DNA of 64,000 bases from Eledone cirrhosa (GCA_964016885.1 OZ024743.1:43214001-43278000), one strand, 5' to 3'; numbered from the stretch's first letter, positions 27,201 through 42,919 are shown. Notes: a model not told the origin generated them from the letters alone. A program made the numbers and translations.

Positions 27201-28484
27201 AGTGAGTGAGTGAAAGTGTGAAGAAGAGTTAACTGACATGACAGAGGAGGCGAGAGAAGGTAGGAGAAACAGAGAGAATGGGGGAGCAGTAAGAGAGAGA
27301 GAGAAAAAAACACCGAATCGCAGTTTGGGTAAATATATGTAATAAAATATAGAGAAAAATACTGCAGGTAGCGCATGGATAACATGTAATAAAATGAGTC
27401 CCTCATCAGTGATTTGCCGACGATCATAGATATTTCATTGCATTAAAAATCATATACCTCACGTCGGTGCAATAATAACCAAAATAAGTTATTAGGACAA
27501 TTGAAACGCGTAAAGCGAGTGAGACAGGAGAACAACAAAGAGTATAGCTAACCGTAGGGGAAAGAAACAAGCTTCAAAATTATTCTGTTTAGCATAAGCT
27601 AGGTGAATATATGAGCGCTTTAGAAAAAAGACCTGACACGAACGATGGCCATGTGATAAGAGAGAAAAATAGCCATCGTGGTGTACAGGTTGAAATGAAG
27701 ACAGGAGAAACTGAGTGAGTGAAAGTGTGAGGAAGAGTTAACTGACATGACAGAGGGGGCGAAAGAAGGTAGGAGAAACAGAGAGAATGGGGGAGCAGTA
27801 AGAGAGAGAGAAAAAAAAACACAGAATCGCAGTTTGGGTAAATATATGTAATAAAATATAGAGAAAAATACTGCAGGTAGCGCATGGATAACATGTAATA
27901 AAATGAGTCCCTCATCAGTGATTTGCCGACGATCATAGATATTTCATTGCATTAAAAATCATATACCTCACGTCGGTGCAATAATAACCAAAATAAGTTA
28001 TTAGGACAATTGAAACGCGTAAAGCGAGTGAGACAGGAGAACAACAAAGAGTATAGCTAACCGTAGGGGAAAGAAACAAGCTTCAAAATTATTCTGTTTA
28101 GCATAAGCTAGGTGAATATATGAGCGCTTTAGAAAAAAGACCTGACACGAACGATGGCCATGTGATAAGAGAGAAAAATAGCCATCGTGGTGTACAGGTT
28201 GAAATGAAGACAGGAGAAACTGAGTGAGTGAAAGTGTGAGGAAGAGTTAACTGACATGACAGAGGGGGCGAAAGAAGGTAGGAGAAACAGAGAGAATGGG
28301 GGAGCAGTAAGAGAGAGAGAAAAAAAAACACAGAATCGCAGTTTGGGTAAATATATGTAATAAAATATAGAGAAAAATACTGCAGGTAGCGCATGGATAA
28401 CATGTAATAAAATGAGTCCCTCATCAGTGATTTGCCGACGATCATAGATATTTCATAGATATTTCATTGCATTAAAAATCATAT
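21218..28484. repeat. Tandem array of ~14 units of 509-511 bp with a 4-unit 2043-bp higher-order repeat, bounded by (TA)n/(CA)n
   Basis: Unit variants recur every 2043 bp (21873/23916/25959; 22384/24427/26470; 22895/24938/26981). The last two units are a distinct 509-bp variant. Confidence 0.97.
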
Positions 28485-28486
28485 AT

Positions 28487-28527
<41 letters not shown>

Positions 28528-28535
28528 TTTATATG

Positions 28536-28623
<88 letters not shown>

Positions 28624-28632
28624 AATATATAA

Positions 28633-28745
<113 letters not shown>

Positions 28746-30207
28746 CATACATATATATATATATATAGAAATAATAATACATTTGAAGATTAAAATCCAA
28801 AGAGGCTCGATAAGGATAACTATATATCAAATATATAAGAAACGTAGTGTAAATATTTATTAAAATAACAGATTAAATTTTGTGTCGTGTCTAAACATTG
28901 ATAAATATGCATATGTATTTATCACATGAAGAAAGGAATTACATAGGATTAGTTAATCAAATCATATTTTCTGATATGTATAGAATTACTAACGCAATAG
29001 CGATGTAAATAGATAACACTGCTGTCAACATAGAAACGACATTTTGAGGTGGGTTAGATTTAGCTGGTATAGATAAAGCTCGTGAGACTATATAATTGCA
29101 TATTACCATCTCTACTGAGAAAACAAAAACTACGAAATATATAGCGAATCATCTGTAATATATTGTGAATTATGAAGAGTGTCTACGAAAGGTACGTCAA
29201 CATTGGTGTATTAAACCTTTTAAGTAGATTATGGAAACATTATAATATACTAGCTGACGTACCCAGCTTCGCCCGGGTAAACAGATGATAAGAGAAGACA
29301 GGTAAAAGAGAAAATGACTGTATTGGATGTTTGTCTGGTTACAGTATGAGGCGAGTCCGTGGTGCCTGTGTGATACCAAAAACAGTAAATGAAATCTTCC
29401 AGATATACTAGATTCTTCGTTGTACCGTTTGTGCATAGTATATGAAGAATTCTAGGTGCTCCCACCTAGAACAGTGACCTCTAGGAGATGGTTCATCTTC
29501 TGTCTGACTGTAAAACGTATATCATTGCATAGACGTGGTTGTTCCACGTTTCTCAAAAGAATGATGGAAGTTCCAATCTGTTATATTATATGTAGATATA
29601 GATATAGATAATTTATATAAAAGATGTCCGTCAATGTAAAAAAGGTCCGTATTTACTTGAAATGGTTTATACAAATGCCAAATTAATATAGATATGGATA
29701 ACATGCTTATCTATAAGTGGTCAGCTATAATAATAAAACAACAAATTATATGACACAACAATTTATTCAGTTATTTCCAGGCTCTTAGCCACTGAGTAAT
29801 AGACAGTCAATATTGCCCAGAGTTCAACTCGGGGAGGTGGCCTGGTTTGAACTCCAAATGGCGGATCCTTCTACTTCGAAAATAGAATCGTTTTTCAATA
29901 TTACTCTAGCCCTGGCCGGCCATAGGCACCAAGCGTTTTGCCAGACTCAGTATATGATGAGGTTTTATTACCATCGGTATCAGAACGATAAATTTGAAGG
30001 CAATTTCTACCAATACTTGTTGGTTTTTATTACTCATTATCGACAATAAATAACATTGAACAGAAATGATAACTCTGTCAAAGCTCACAATACTGATCAA
30101 AGGACACCAATGTCTGAATCATTTACGTCGAATATTCATAGCAGTGAAGGCAATTTCTACCAATATTTGTTGGTATTTATTGCGCAACATAGCATAGAAA
30201 CCAATTT

Positions 30208-31724
30208 TTACCAATACTGTAATACTCTCTTAGTGGTATCAATTACAAATTTTATACCATCAGGATCGCACACTCGAGATGCAGCAACATACAGTTGCCC
30301 ATGGCTGAATGCTGGATCATTCAAGTAGACACCGACTCGCTTAAAAGTCTGTCCCTGTGCCTTGTTGACAGTCATGGAGAAGGCCAAATTGACGGGAAAC
30401 TGTCTACTTTGCCAAATGAATGGCAGCAGATCTTCACTTGGTCTCAGCATGATCCTCGGAATCAGAACCGATTCCTCTCTGCCGTGTAGTTTAGCTTCTA
30501 AAACTCTTCCGTTCATCAATCTCTCAACAATCAATCTGGTACCATTGCAAAGACCCATTTTATGATTGATAATTCTAAGCAATATAATCGGTATACCCTT
30601 TTTCAACCTCAAAACATGTGGGGGAAATCCGGGTATTTGAAGTGAATTCAGATACTCAGTCGGAACATCCATATTGTTCTGCTGATTAGGCTCCATTGCA
30701 TCCGCACTGATGGTCAACCATTCCTCTCCAGGAAACATTCCGGCTACTTGTTAATTTATTTCATCGACCGTTGCATTCGTATGAGTTAGAATAACGCGTT
30801 CCGATATCCAGGAGATATTCTGCCAAAAAGCATTCAAATTAGGGAACACCCAGTCAATCAATGCTTGGCGGTCCAGTGGCATGACTGAACGGACTGGCAT
30901 TATTACAGTCTGATTATCACCAACGTGTGGCAATTCATCTTTTCCCAACTGCATCAACCATCGGCCGTATGTCTCAGTCTCTTCGTTTTGCCCGAACATA
31001 CGATGTCGCATATTATCGTGTAATCGCAAAACTATGAAATGGCCCCATAACGGGGACTTTTTCAGACATGCATCGACAATTTGCGCTCTTTGAGCATCCC
31101 TAACAATTAGTAGCACTTGTCTGAAATCGCCACCAAAAACGATAGTCTTACCACCGAATGGCAGGTCACTACCGTAGATATCTCTCAAAGTTCTGTCCAA
31201 TGCCTCCAGCAAATATATGTGTGCCATTGCAGCCTCGTCCCAAATAATCAGAGTCGTATTGCGTATAAGGCCCGCGAGTTCACTTTGTCCTGTAATGCTA
31301 CAGACATCAACTCATCCGGAGCCAATGGAGCCTTGAAGCATGAGTGGAAGGTCCTTCCACCACTCAGCAAAGTGGCAGCTATCCCACTGGTGGTCACAGG
31401 GAGAGCAATCTTCCTCTGCGCTCTGACTCCCGATAACATAGTGTTGAAACATAATGTCTTTCCGGTGCCTCCTGGAGCATCTATGAAAGCACAAAGTTGC
31501 TCATTAGTGGAAATCGAGTGGAGAACGCCATCGCCCAATTCTCTCTGAGATTGGGTCAACATTGGTGTACGTTCATCCACAATACGTTGCTGTTCGATTG
31601 GATCAAACTGGAATAGTTCCCTCCGATCGAGTGGCAATCGTCGAAGCTGCAATCTGATGTTCAATGCTAAGACACGTTGCCGCATTACCTCATCAGGAAT
31701 TGGCAAATTGAAATCTGTTATCAT
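30208..31724 (-). pseudogene. Helitron PIF1-family helicase domain (frameshifted)
   Basis: DAPGGTGKT Walker A, GIAATLLSGGRTFHS, FGGDFRQ, GLCNGTRL, QFPVNLAFSMTVNKAQGQT, FSHGQLYVAASRV. Confidence 0.95.
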
Positions 31725-31902
31725 TTGAAATGAACTTCAAGCAGTTGCTCAATATTGAGCAAAACAATAGAGTTCATCAAATTTTCATCATCGACCTGAA
31801 GATGATGCCTAAAACCATCAGCCATAATTCCCCAATGGCGTTCAAATGACTCTCTTGGATCGGCAGGATTGCAGAATCATAGAATCGTGACAAACAACTG
31901 CC

Positions 31903-34460
31903 TTATTTGAGCTGCAATCCTGCAGCTTCCATGGCGTTATTCCATTCAGCGTCATCCTGAAGGAGTCCCAGATGCTGACACACAGCGTGGTATGTTTCAT
32001 ATTCCACGCCATTTATTGTTTTCAAATCAGCGAAGCTCTGTTTACCTCTCGAACAATCATTATGCAACAGAATTCGGAGATAAAACACATCACCAGATGC
32101 TGGATGGACATTACAAACCCGTCCAATAGTCATGAATCTCAACTTTTGTTTTCTATCATTCCATTTCTTTCCCTTCTTATCCCACGAAGGGAAATCGCAG
32201 TAGAGTTGCCTATGATCCGGGTTCAAAGCATGTTTCCTATTATTCTTGAACCTCTCAGTCAATTCCATCTTAGGAGGTGGTGCGTTAGCAATTCTTTCGA
32301 CACCTCTTCTAGTGTCCTGAAAACAGACCATTTGCCTATTCTCTAAGTGAACCGTCAGTTTCTGAACGCTGGGTTTGCGTTCATTGAGATCAAAATTGAA
32401 CAATCTTCAGCAAGCTTCGCTAGATCCAATCGAGCGAACATCCTGGAACCTGCCAACTTCATCTCCTTGGTTCACTTCCTCATTCCTGACATTAATCATT
32501 GCCCGATCATGACGTTTGTAAACATATTTGAATAGATATTTGCAAGCTTTCACTGAGCTACAAATTTCCACATTAATATGAAAACGATATTTCATAATCA
32601 AATATGGATTGTATGGCACAATCCATTGATTTGTAACCTGTCGACCGTTTACATTTTCGACCAAACCGCCATCTGCAGGCGACCGTCTTCTGTATGAGGC
32701 ATGAGCATCCCCATCGTTCCAGGAAGTGTTCGTGACCAAAGATTTCGGAAAGTGCTTATTGCATTGGCTATTTGACATGCAAGGCGCTTTCTAATTTGCC
32801 ACTCCGCATTGGTTGTACACCATTGACTTTGCCACCAAGTTGCGTAGTGCACAATATCAGGACGGTCCTTAAGCTGTTGTCCTGGCAAAAGTGCATCCTT
32901 AATATTAGTCTATTCAGGATTGCATGCAACCGTTAAAACAAAACTGGCTTTCCAAACTTTCTGACAATAGCCATTGCATCCTGATAGCGAATGTTCATAT
33001 ATCTCGGGCCGCCGATGAACGACGATGGCAAAATGATGCGTCGACTAATTTGCTTGTAATTGGCATCATCGGCTGTTATCGCATCCTGTATATTAATATA
33101 CAATTCAGCTCTGATATTTTGCTGATGTGTAGCTATATAATTTAGCCTTTGATTTTCGATCTTTGCGAATGCCATACAACAGTATTCCTGGAACAATCTG
33201 CTGGCTTGAAATAGTGCATTTCTCTGTTGATTCCTCTCATTCAAATGGAACGCGTAAAAGTCGCGAATCAAATTATTGTGTATATTGCCACCTCCCTGTT
33301 GATGCTGATTCTCCTGATCATCTAAATGAACAGACATGTTCCATCCATCTTCACCTTTTCGGAATAAAAGAACATAATGCAATGGATCGTATGCCCTATT
33401 TGACTCATTGATAGTCTTGAGACCACCATCTCTGCGATTGAGGACGATATGCCTCGATCCAGGCTTATCGTCCATCAACACAGCAACTTCACGAAATCCT
33501 TCAGAGGCATTATATCGCCGTTCGTGTTGATTCCTTGGCACTTTGTCAGCCTTAATCACCAATGTTTGCTGCTGAACATTTTGCAGTTCAGCCACCAACA
33601 TGAAATCCATAACATAAGGATTACACTGTCTAAGCCATGATTGTAAATCACGGATCAAATCACATAACCTTTGCCGTTCAAGTTCAGTTATTTTTCCCGG
33701 CAACTTCAACCAACCGACCCTGATATCCTCCTCCGATTCCCTATAATCTGGATCTGAGGTAACTTCTAAATTACCGATACAATGATACAAACGGCCTTCA
33801 ATGACTACATTCGGTTGCCATGCACCACTCTCAAACATCTCACTAACTCTCTGCGATGCTAAAGCTAATGAATTGTTAATTTGCCGCGAATATTTGCGCA
33901 GTAATCTACCTCGGTCTCCTTGATCACGCCACATACTTAGTATTTTAAACGCAGGTGACTCCTCATCATCCGGCATTCGCAAGGGTTCTAGTTGAACTGC
34001 TCCTTTATGACAGCACATTGTGGTCCACCTCTTTTCGTGCCTCCAAAGCAATGCTCCACAATGTGGGCACTCTGCTCGTCCATCAATCTGAAAATGACAC
34101 GGTTGCCATGATCCATTTTTAATATCATTCGTTCACCTTCTAGCCTCTTTACTGGAATGAGGAGCACTTTGGCAACACATTCCCTGAACTTCTGTATTGC
34201 GGTTGCGCTGTTCAGCCAGCTCCTCTTCATCCATCGCAGCACGCCGTTGCTGCTGAATGCTGGCCATCTGCTGATGATGCTCAGTCAGTTCGCCTTCAAC
34301 CACCGCAGCACGCCGTCTCTGCTTGGCTCCAGTGTTTCGTTGGCGTTGATCAGTCAGCTCCTCTTCATTCATGGCGGCACCACTTCGCCTCTGAAGTTCG
34401 GCGTTCCGACGGGGCTGCTAGGCCCCTTTTTCTTCATTGCTGTCTGCACACCGTCGCCGA
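31903..34460 (-). pseudogene. Helitron Rep region (disrupted, HUH segment missing)
   Basis: CCHKG, YDPLHYVLLF..GEDGW, LPSSFIGGPRYM..YQDAMAIVRKFGKP, DRPDIV, WIVPYNP..HINVEIC..KYLFKYVYK, FYLRILL. Confidence 0.92.
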
Positions 34461-34537
34461 TGTAGTGCACTGTTTGATAAAGTCGAATTGCTTTTATTAT
34501 CAGTATTCATTTCGAGCAATTGTCAAAAAATGACACA

Positions 34538-35194
34538 CTAATAAATATAAAAGATGTCAGTCAATGTAAAGAAAGGTCCCTATTTACTCCCTTCACAACT
34601 CTGTGTATGTTAGACTGATAGACAGGCACACAGACAGATAAACTGCGTGGCGATTGTGGAACGTCACACACATACACGCATGGAAACGGGAACACGCACG
34701 CAAACTTACACACGCACACACTCACACATGTTGATAGTTTTTACTTTCTATGGAACGCTGCACCCACGCACACACACATAAACATACGCGCACGTACATA
34801 CACACGCATACATGTTAATAGTTATTGCTTTCCTTCCCCTCTTATTTGCACACACATGTCTCTACACTGACACATATACATAGTGTATAAAAAATGAGAC
34901 AATAATAAATATAAAAGATGTCCGGCAATGTAAAGAAAGGTCCCTATTTACTCCCTTCACAACTCTGTGTATGTTAGACTGACATACAGGCACACAGACA
35001 GAAAAATGCGTGGCGATTGTGGAACGCCACATGCATACACGCATGGAAACGCGCACACGCACGCAAACTTACACACACACACACACACACACACATGTTG
35101 ATAGTTTTTACTTTCTGTGGAAATCTGCACGCACCCACACACACATAAACATACACGCACGTACATACACACGCACACATGTTAATAGTTATTG
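34538..35194. repeat. ~360-bp direct duplication in the Helitron 5' region
   Basis: ataaatataaaagatgtc..aatgtaaagaaaggtccctatttactcccttcacaactctg at ~34540 and ~34905. Confidence 0.85.
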
Positions 35195-36533
35195 AACACA
35201 TTGGCATTATGCATAATAATTTCAGTTTGGTGTCGTTGAGGCGGGTGGAGTCATTTGAAACCTATGAACCAATGATAATCGAGAATTATGACACAAGGCA
35301 TACTGACGTTCTTGAAATTAATAAATAGATTATTTAGTGCATTGTTCTATTGTATATTTAGATTAGGTACACCCTTCTACCGCTTGTGCATTGCAATATA
35401 TATGAGGTCAAGAATTTATCCGGTCGACATATTTTGCATGAAGAGTGACACGTTCGTGGAGCTTGTAATGTGAATCCCTGTGTTAACAAGTGAAATGACT
35501 TTACAATGTCCAAAACTTTTCGGGCTTGGACTTTCTGAGATATAAAATGACTTGCCAACACCTGAAATAATATATAACCCAAAATACATTGTTCGTTATT
35601 TTAAACATTGTATATTCAATTTGCTAATCACATTCAAGAGTTCTGTATTTTAAAAATTGTTTCATTCTCCTAACCGTACTACAATATTAAAATTGGTATA
35701 TTTTGTACTAGGGTTTACCACATAAAACCCATCTAGTTTTATCTCACATTTGTGTTTCGCAGGTCAGCTTCACTAAGCCAAATTAGTTTCAGTGGTAATA
35801 GTCCTGTTCAAAAATTGTTTCCGAAATTCCCTCTTACGTCCAGAATATGTTCGGTCAAATCGCCTGAATGTATTATTGTGGTATATAGCGATAACGAATT
35901 GAGTTTGTTTTAAAAATAATGAATGGAATAGGATACCTTTCTTCACAAATAGTCGATGAATATGAGCCGATTCTTTAGACTACATATACATTGTTTTTCT
36001 ATTTCTCTATCTTTTCTGAATATTGATTGTCCTTACTCAAGTAATCATCTTTACGAAACTCACAAATAAATATATATTTTGTTTGTTTGTTTTTTTCTTT
36101 CTTGAAACACATATATCATAAACCTGATAAATCACTTGGATTTTCTTGACAATATAACTTTCGAAAATTGTGAGTTAATGAGATATCCGACGTTATATAA
36201 TTTATGGTGACATGGTGGGTGTCTAGCAGCGGGCTTTATTGTTGCTGTTATATCTATTTAGCCTTAAGTAGACTTTGCTCAAGCAAATCTATAACGAAGT
36301 TTTTCCATCCTAGATCATCTCACCTAAACGCTATCTAGCGATACTTAATCGTACATAAATTTGACATTTCTTGTTTTCAGAAATGGTGAGATGTTTGGTA
36401 GATATGTCTCATAATTCTTTTTATTACCTACATCATATAAAGCTGCACCATTTATGGCTCAATTTACCGTAAATTTTATCGTCGACATCGTCTTTTGATT
36501 ATCTCTACGCTCAATTTCACTGTAAGAAAGTTA

Positions 36534-36568
<35 letters not shown>

Positions 36569-36571
<3 letters not shown>

Positions 36572-36753
36572 ATAATTGTTTCTACTTTTGGCACAAGGCC
36601 AGCAATTACCCCAGTGCATTACTGGTACTTTATTTTATCGACCCCGTAAGTATGAAAGGCAAAGTTAACCTAGGCGGGATTTGAACTCAGAATGGCAAGG
36701 GCCGTAACTCTATGCATCAAAGCATGGCGTCCAACCCTCTACCGATACTGCCA

Positions 36754-36754
<1 letters not shown>
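36569..36754 (-). mobile_element. tRNA-type SINE (5'-truncated), near-identical inverted twin of 38482-38668
   Basis: Same family as the 10435 copy; shares private variants (aacctaggcg, gcatcaaagcatggcgtccaacc) with the twin. Confidence 0.88.
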
Positions 36755-38714
<1,960 letters not shown>

Positions 38715-39159
38715 CAGTGTAGGCGCTTTTTTGTTCATTTGCTTGTTGTGGTACAATTAGGAGCACTCAACGCACGAGTTGAGTGTATATAGGAAACAAC
38801 CATGAGGTTTCGTTCAAATGTTTATGTTTTTTATTGAGTATAAATCTATCACGCGCGATTCGCAGACGATTGGCTGAAGTTCGACGTTTTGTTGAATCAC
38901 CAGCCCGATGAGTAATGTCTGACAACGGATCCATAGTTTCTATAGGTGACTCATTTACGAAATATGCGTGTTATTTCGATGCTCAATATAAACATAATTA
39001 TATGATCGAAACTTTATCGATTCGTCTTATTATATGTATATATATTAACGAGTTATGTCAGCACGGCCGTAGCTACACCAGCGTAATTAATTATACTGAC
39101 ACAACCGATTAACTAAAATAACATGGCCAATGAACTAAACGAACTCAATTCTTCCACTG

Positions 39160-39226
<67 letters not shown>

Positions 39227-39229
<3 letters not shown>

Positions 39230-39766
39230 CGAAGAAAATGTGGTAGGAACCAGGTGGACCATAACGCACCAAAGTACTCAATACTTAGGGTAGTAGAGTG
39301 GGTAATAGGAACGAGTAAGACCCCGGCGGCTGAGCTCAAGCCGTTTCGACGGCTAGTTCTGAACTAAATGAAATTTTTTTCTCGTATTTGAATAGCCGAG
39401 CTTTTCAAGGGGTAATTCCATATATGGTCAAAGTGTTTGTCACAGGGATTGGTCAAAGTTAGCAGTTGAGACATAATAATTCTATGATGACAAATTAGTG
39501 GGGGGAAGGGGTAGCTAAACCTGCCAGTAGGAGAAAGAGGGAGAGGGGGTGGAGTAGACCCATTCATGCGTTGGTAGTGCCCGCTACAGCTGGGCGTGAG
39601 GTCAAAGAAGATACTAGAGAGGGGGAGGGGGAGGAAGTCGAAACAGTAAGTAGAACAATGAAGGGTAAAAATATAAAGAAAATACTGAGAGTGTTAAAAA
39701 GCGAATAAATGTAAAAAATAAACAATTTCTGGTTACTACGACCTAAGTCTATCGCTATTGCTAGGC

Positions 39767-39833
<67 letters not shown>

Positions 39834-40466
39834 GTAAATCAATAAATATAAACTAGGTGGGACGGAATAAAAAAGAGACCCTTTTAAGAGGTATAAGTAC
39901 GTATATCATACTTATACCTCTTAAAAGGGTCGCTTTTTTATTCCGTCCCCCCTAGTTTATATTTATTTATTTACTTATTTATTTACTTATTTATTTATTT
40001 ATTTATTTAGCCTAGCAATAGCGATAGACTTAGGTTGAAGTAACCAGAAATTGTTAATTTTTTACATTTATTAGCTTTTTAACACTCTCAGTATTTTCTT
40101 TATATTTTTACCCTTCATTGTTCTACTTACTGTTTCGCCCCCCCCCCTTCCTCTTCCCTAGTATCTTCTTTGACCTCACGCCCAGCTGTAGCCGGCACTA
40201 CCAACGCATGAATGGGTCTACTCCACCCCCCTCTCCCTCTTTCTCCTACTGGCAGGTTTAGCTACCCCTTCCCCCCACTAATTTGCCATCATAGAATTAT
40301 TATGTCTCAACTACTAATTTTGACCAATCCCTGTGACAAACACTTTGACCATATATGGAATTACCCCTTGAGAAGCTCGGCTATTCAAATACCAGGATAA
40401 ATTTTCATTTAGTCCAGAATTAGCCGTCGAAACGGCTTGAGCTCAGCCGTCGGGGCCTTACTCGTT

Positions 40467-40470
<4 letters not shown>
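39227..40470. mobile_element. ORF-less fold-back of two inverted pLTRs related to the 2195-6431 Penelope family
   Basis: Centre ttttaagaggtataagta-cgtatatca-tacttatacctcttaaaa at ~39900; arms homologous to 5860-6431; (TA)n flanks. Confidence 0.9.
40364..40455 (+). ncRNA. Type I hammerhead with U3-A8 variant core (UUGAGAA)
   Basis: CCCC-UUGAGAA-Gcu CGGCUA..UAGCCG uC-GAAAC-GGCU..AGCC-GUC-GGGG. The mirror copy at 39321-39412 has UUGAAAA and a mutated GCC triplet. Confidence 0.7.
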
Positions 40471-40512
<42 letters not shown>

Positions 40513-40643
40513 GATAAATCTACCAAGAGTTTACGGTAGTGTCCAATCCGTATGAAGAACTCAATGTAATCCGGATATCATGGAAAGAAGAGATGCAATG
40601 AAAAATCACTTTCGGTGAAAGATAAACGGAATACAGAGTCAAG

Positions 40644-41047
40644 ATAAAATATTAAAAAAATAATGAATAAAACAATGAAACAGTTCCTTATATTAAACAA
40701 AAAAAGTTCATTATTTAACGATCGTTTCTGGGATATATATGTGTTAGAATTGGCATGTATATTTAACAGATCTATGTACAAAATTATACAAAATTATACA
40801 AACTATCAAAATTAAATATACATACCAACTCATATATATGCCGTCTTCAGAAATAGAAGACGGCATATATATGAGTTGGTATGTATATTTAATTTTGATA
40901 GTTTGTATAATTTTGTATAATTTTGTACATAGATCTGTTAAATATACATGCCAATTCTAACACATATATATCCCAGAAACGATCGTTAAATAATGAACTT
41001 TTTTTTGTTTAATATAAGAAACTGTTTCATTGTTTTATTCATTATTT

Positions 41048-41060
<13 letters not shown>
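40644..41060. repeat. Near-perfect palindrome (~200 bp arms) centred at ~40852
   Basis: catatatatgccgtcttc-agaaata-gaagacggcatatatatg. Confidence 0.92.
40711..40855 (-). ncRNA. Type I hammerhead ribozyme motif
   Basis: UAUUU-CUGAAGA-long stem II-GAAAC-GAUC-GUU-AAAUA. Confidence 0.7.
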
Positions 41061-41105
<45 letters not shown>

Positions 41106-41126
41106 TTATGTGTATGTATTTATATG

Positions 41127-41191
<65 letters not shown>

Positions 41192-41196
<5 letters not shown>

Positions 41197-41243
41197 CACA
41201 TGCATATATAAGGAATACCAAATCTTCCTTTTTATTATTATTA

Positions 41244-41279
<36 letters not shown>

Positions 41280-41328
41280 ATCATAATACAAAGGAAGATT
41301 AGGTATGCCTTATATATGCATGTGTATG

Positions 41329-41331
<3 letters not shown>
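41192..41331. repeat. Short inverted repeat with (TA)n spacer
   Basis: tacacatgcatatataaggaataccaaatcttcctt and aaggaagattaggtatgccttatatatgcatgtgta. Confidence 0.8.
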
Positions 41332-41396
<65 letters not shown>

Positions 41397-41434
41397 AGTG
41401 TGTGTGTAGGAGCTGAGTAATATTGTGAAACAAT

Positions 41435-41720
41435 AAAACTATGCATATTTCAGATAAGTAGCACTAAACAGTTGGTAGAACTGGAATATATATAAAGAAG
41501 AAATTAAAATATGGTTAAACAAGTTCCATATATTTTATTACATTAATTACGAAATCTCATGGCGTACCATTTGCAACGCTTCACTTCACTCCAAAGCTTC
41601 CATAGCTAGGGTCTGTAATTTATGTCTAGCTGAAAAATTTACCATTATCTCGAATTTCAACTCTTTACTAAATAGACGTGGGACTTATTTGCTATTTGTA
41701 TTCATAAATTTTTTAAGACC
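41435..41720 (+). pseudogene. Penelope GIY-YIG C-terminal remnant
   Basis: Manual translation WRTICNAS..RVCNLCLAEKFTII..LLNRR. Confidence 0.65.
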
Positions 41721-42919
41721 TTTCACAAAGTATACAGCTAATGTCCTATAACTTATTCTACGAATAAAGGTTAATCTTGTTTACACATATATCTTTTCAT
41801 ACATGTTTTATCACATATTTCATTATATTCTACAATGTATTAATGCCCTTTTCTTTGCATCATTAAGCCTTTCACCTTCTTTCTCTATTGAGGTTAATTT
41901 TTTCGTTCAAACCTTCGTAGATTTTGTAAACAATCTATGACGTCATATGTCTTTTTACGTTTAAACCTTTCTAGCTATTTCCTTTATTTTCTTGTTGATA
42001 TACAATTATACCCCATATATATACATTTTTAATAGTAACTTTTAATTTTGACATAGATTGACTATTCTTACTTTTATTTATTTATTATTTTTCTTCTAGT
42101 CTTTTTTTCTTCTAGTCTATCTTATTTTATTTTATTTTACTTTATTTTATTTTATTTTATTTTATTTTATTTTATTTTATTTTAATTCATTTAAAAAAAA
42201 CCTTTTTTATAATTAATTTAATTTTTATTTTTGTTTTTATTTTACTTTATTTCATTTATTTTATTTTATTTCATTTTATTTTATTAATACACCTTTACAC
42301 TTCTTAATCCAATTTTTAGTATTAAAACTCAATATTAAATAATATACCCAGTTTATATATTCTAGAAATGTAATATTCGTTATATTAGCACATTCATCTC
42401 ATCAATTTATTTAATTATTTATTTATTTTTAAATTTATTCAAATTTTTATTATATATATATATTTTTAGTCGAAACTAATTCGCACTGAAATCAATTTAA
42501 ACATTCAATGACTTCTACCGACCAATCAACATTGTTTTGACTTTTTGCAACACGAATCGGCGCGAAATTTATAGTGCTTATTCACGTGACATTCAACAAA
42601 CATCCACTTTTTTCACATAAACCAGGAAGAATTTCCAAAACTGATCAGATTAGAGCAAAAATCGCGAGCGCTCTAACTCAAAATTATTTTTGAAAACCAC
42701 AAGAAATGCGCAACCGGTAAACAACTTAAAACTAAAACTGAATACTAACTAATAGTTATTACTAATTTATACTTATTCCTAATTAAACTATTTTTCACTG
42801 GGAAAAATTTATCAGCATTTTCTTTTGCTTTTTACTAATATATATATATATATATATAACAAAACGTTATCGCTCTACATGGCTGAACACAATAAATGTA
42901 ATCTGAGATTTTCGAATAT

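Larger units (their letters stand above)
29250..35362 (-). mobile_element. Helitron (Rep-Hel), decayed; 3' end well defined, 5' end uncertain
   Basis: Minus-strand 3' end: TACCCGGGCGAAGCTGGGTA hairpin, then CGTCAG-CTAG|T at 29250. Rep and PIF1 remnants are present. A candidate A|TC 5' end at ~35362 is tentative. Confidence 0.88.

Noticed and set aside
21218-28484. CRISPR array or tandem gene cluster (repeated 110-164 aa ORFs)
   Set aside because: There are no unique spacers and no cas genes. The ORFs are F/L/S-rich by-products of a pyrimidine-rich strand and shift frame between units.
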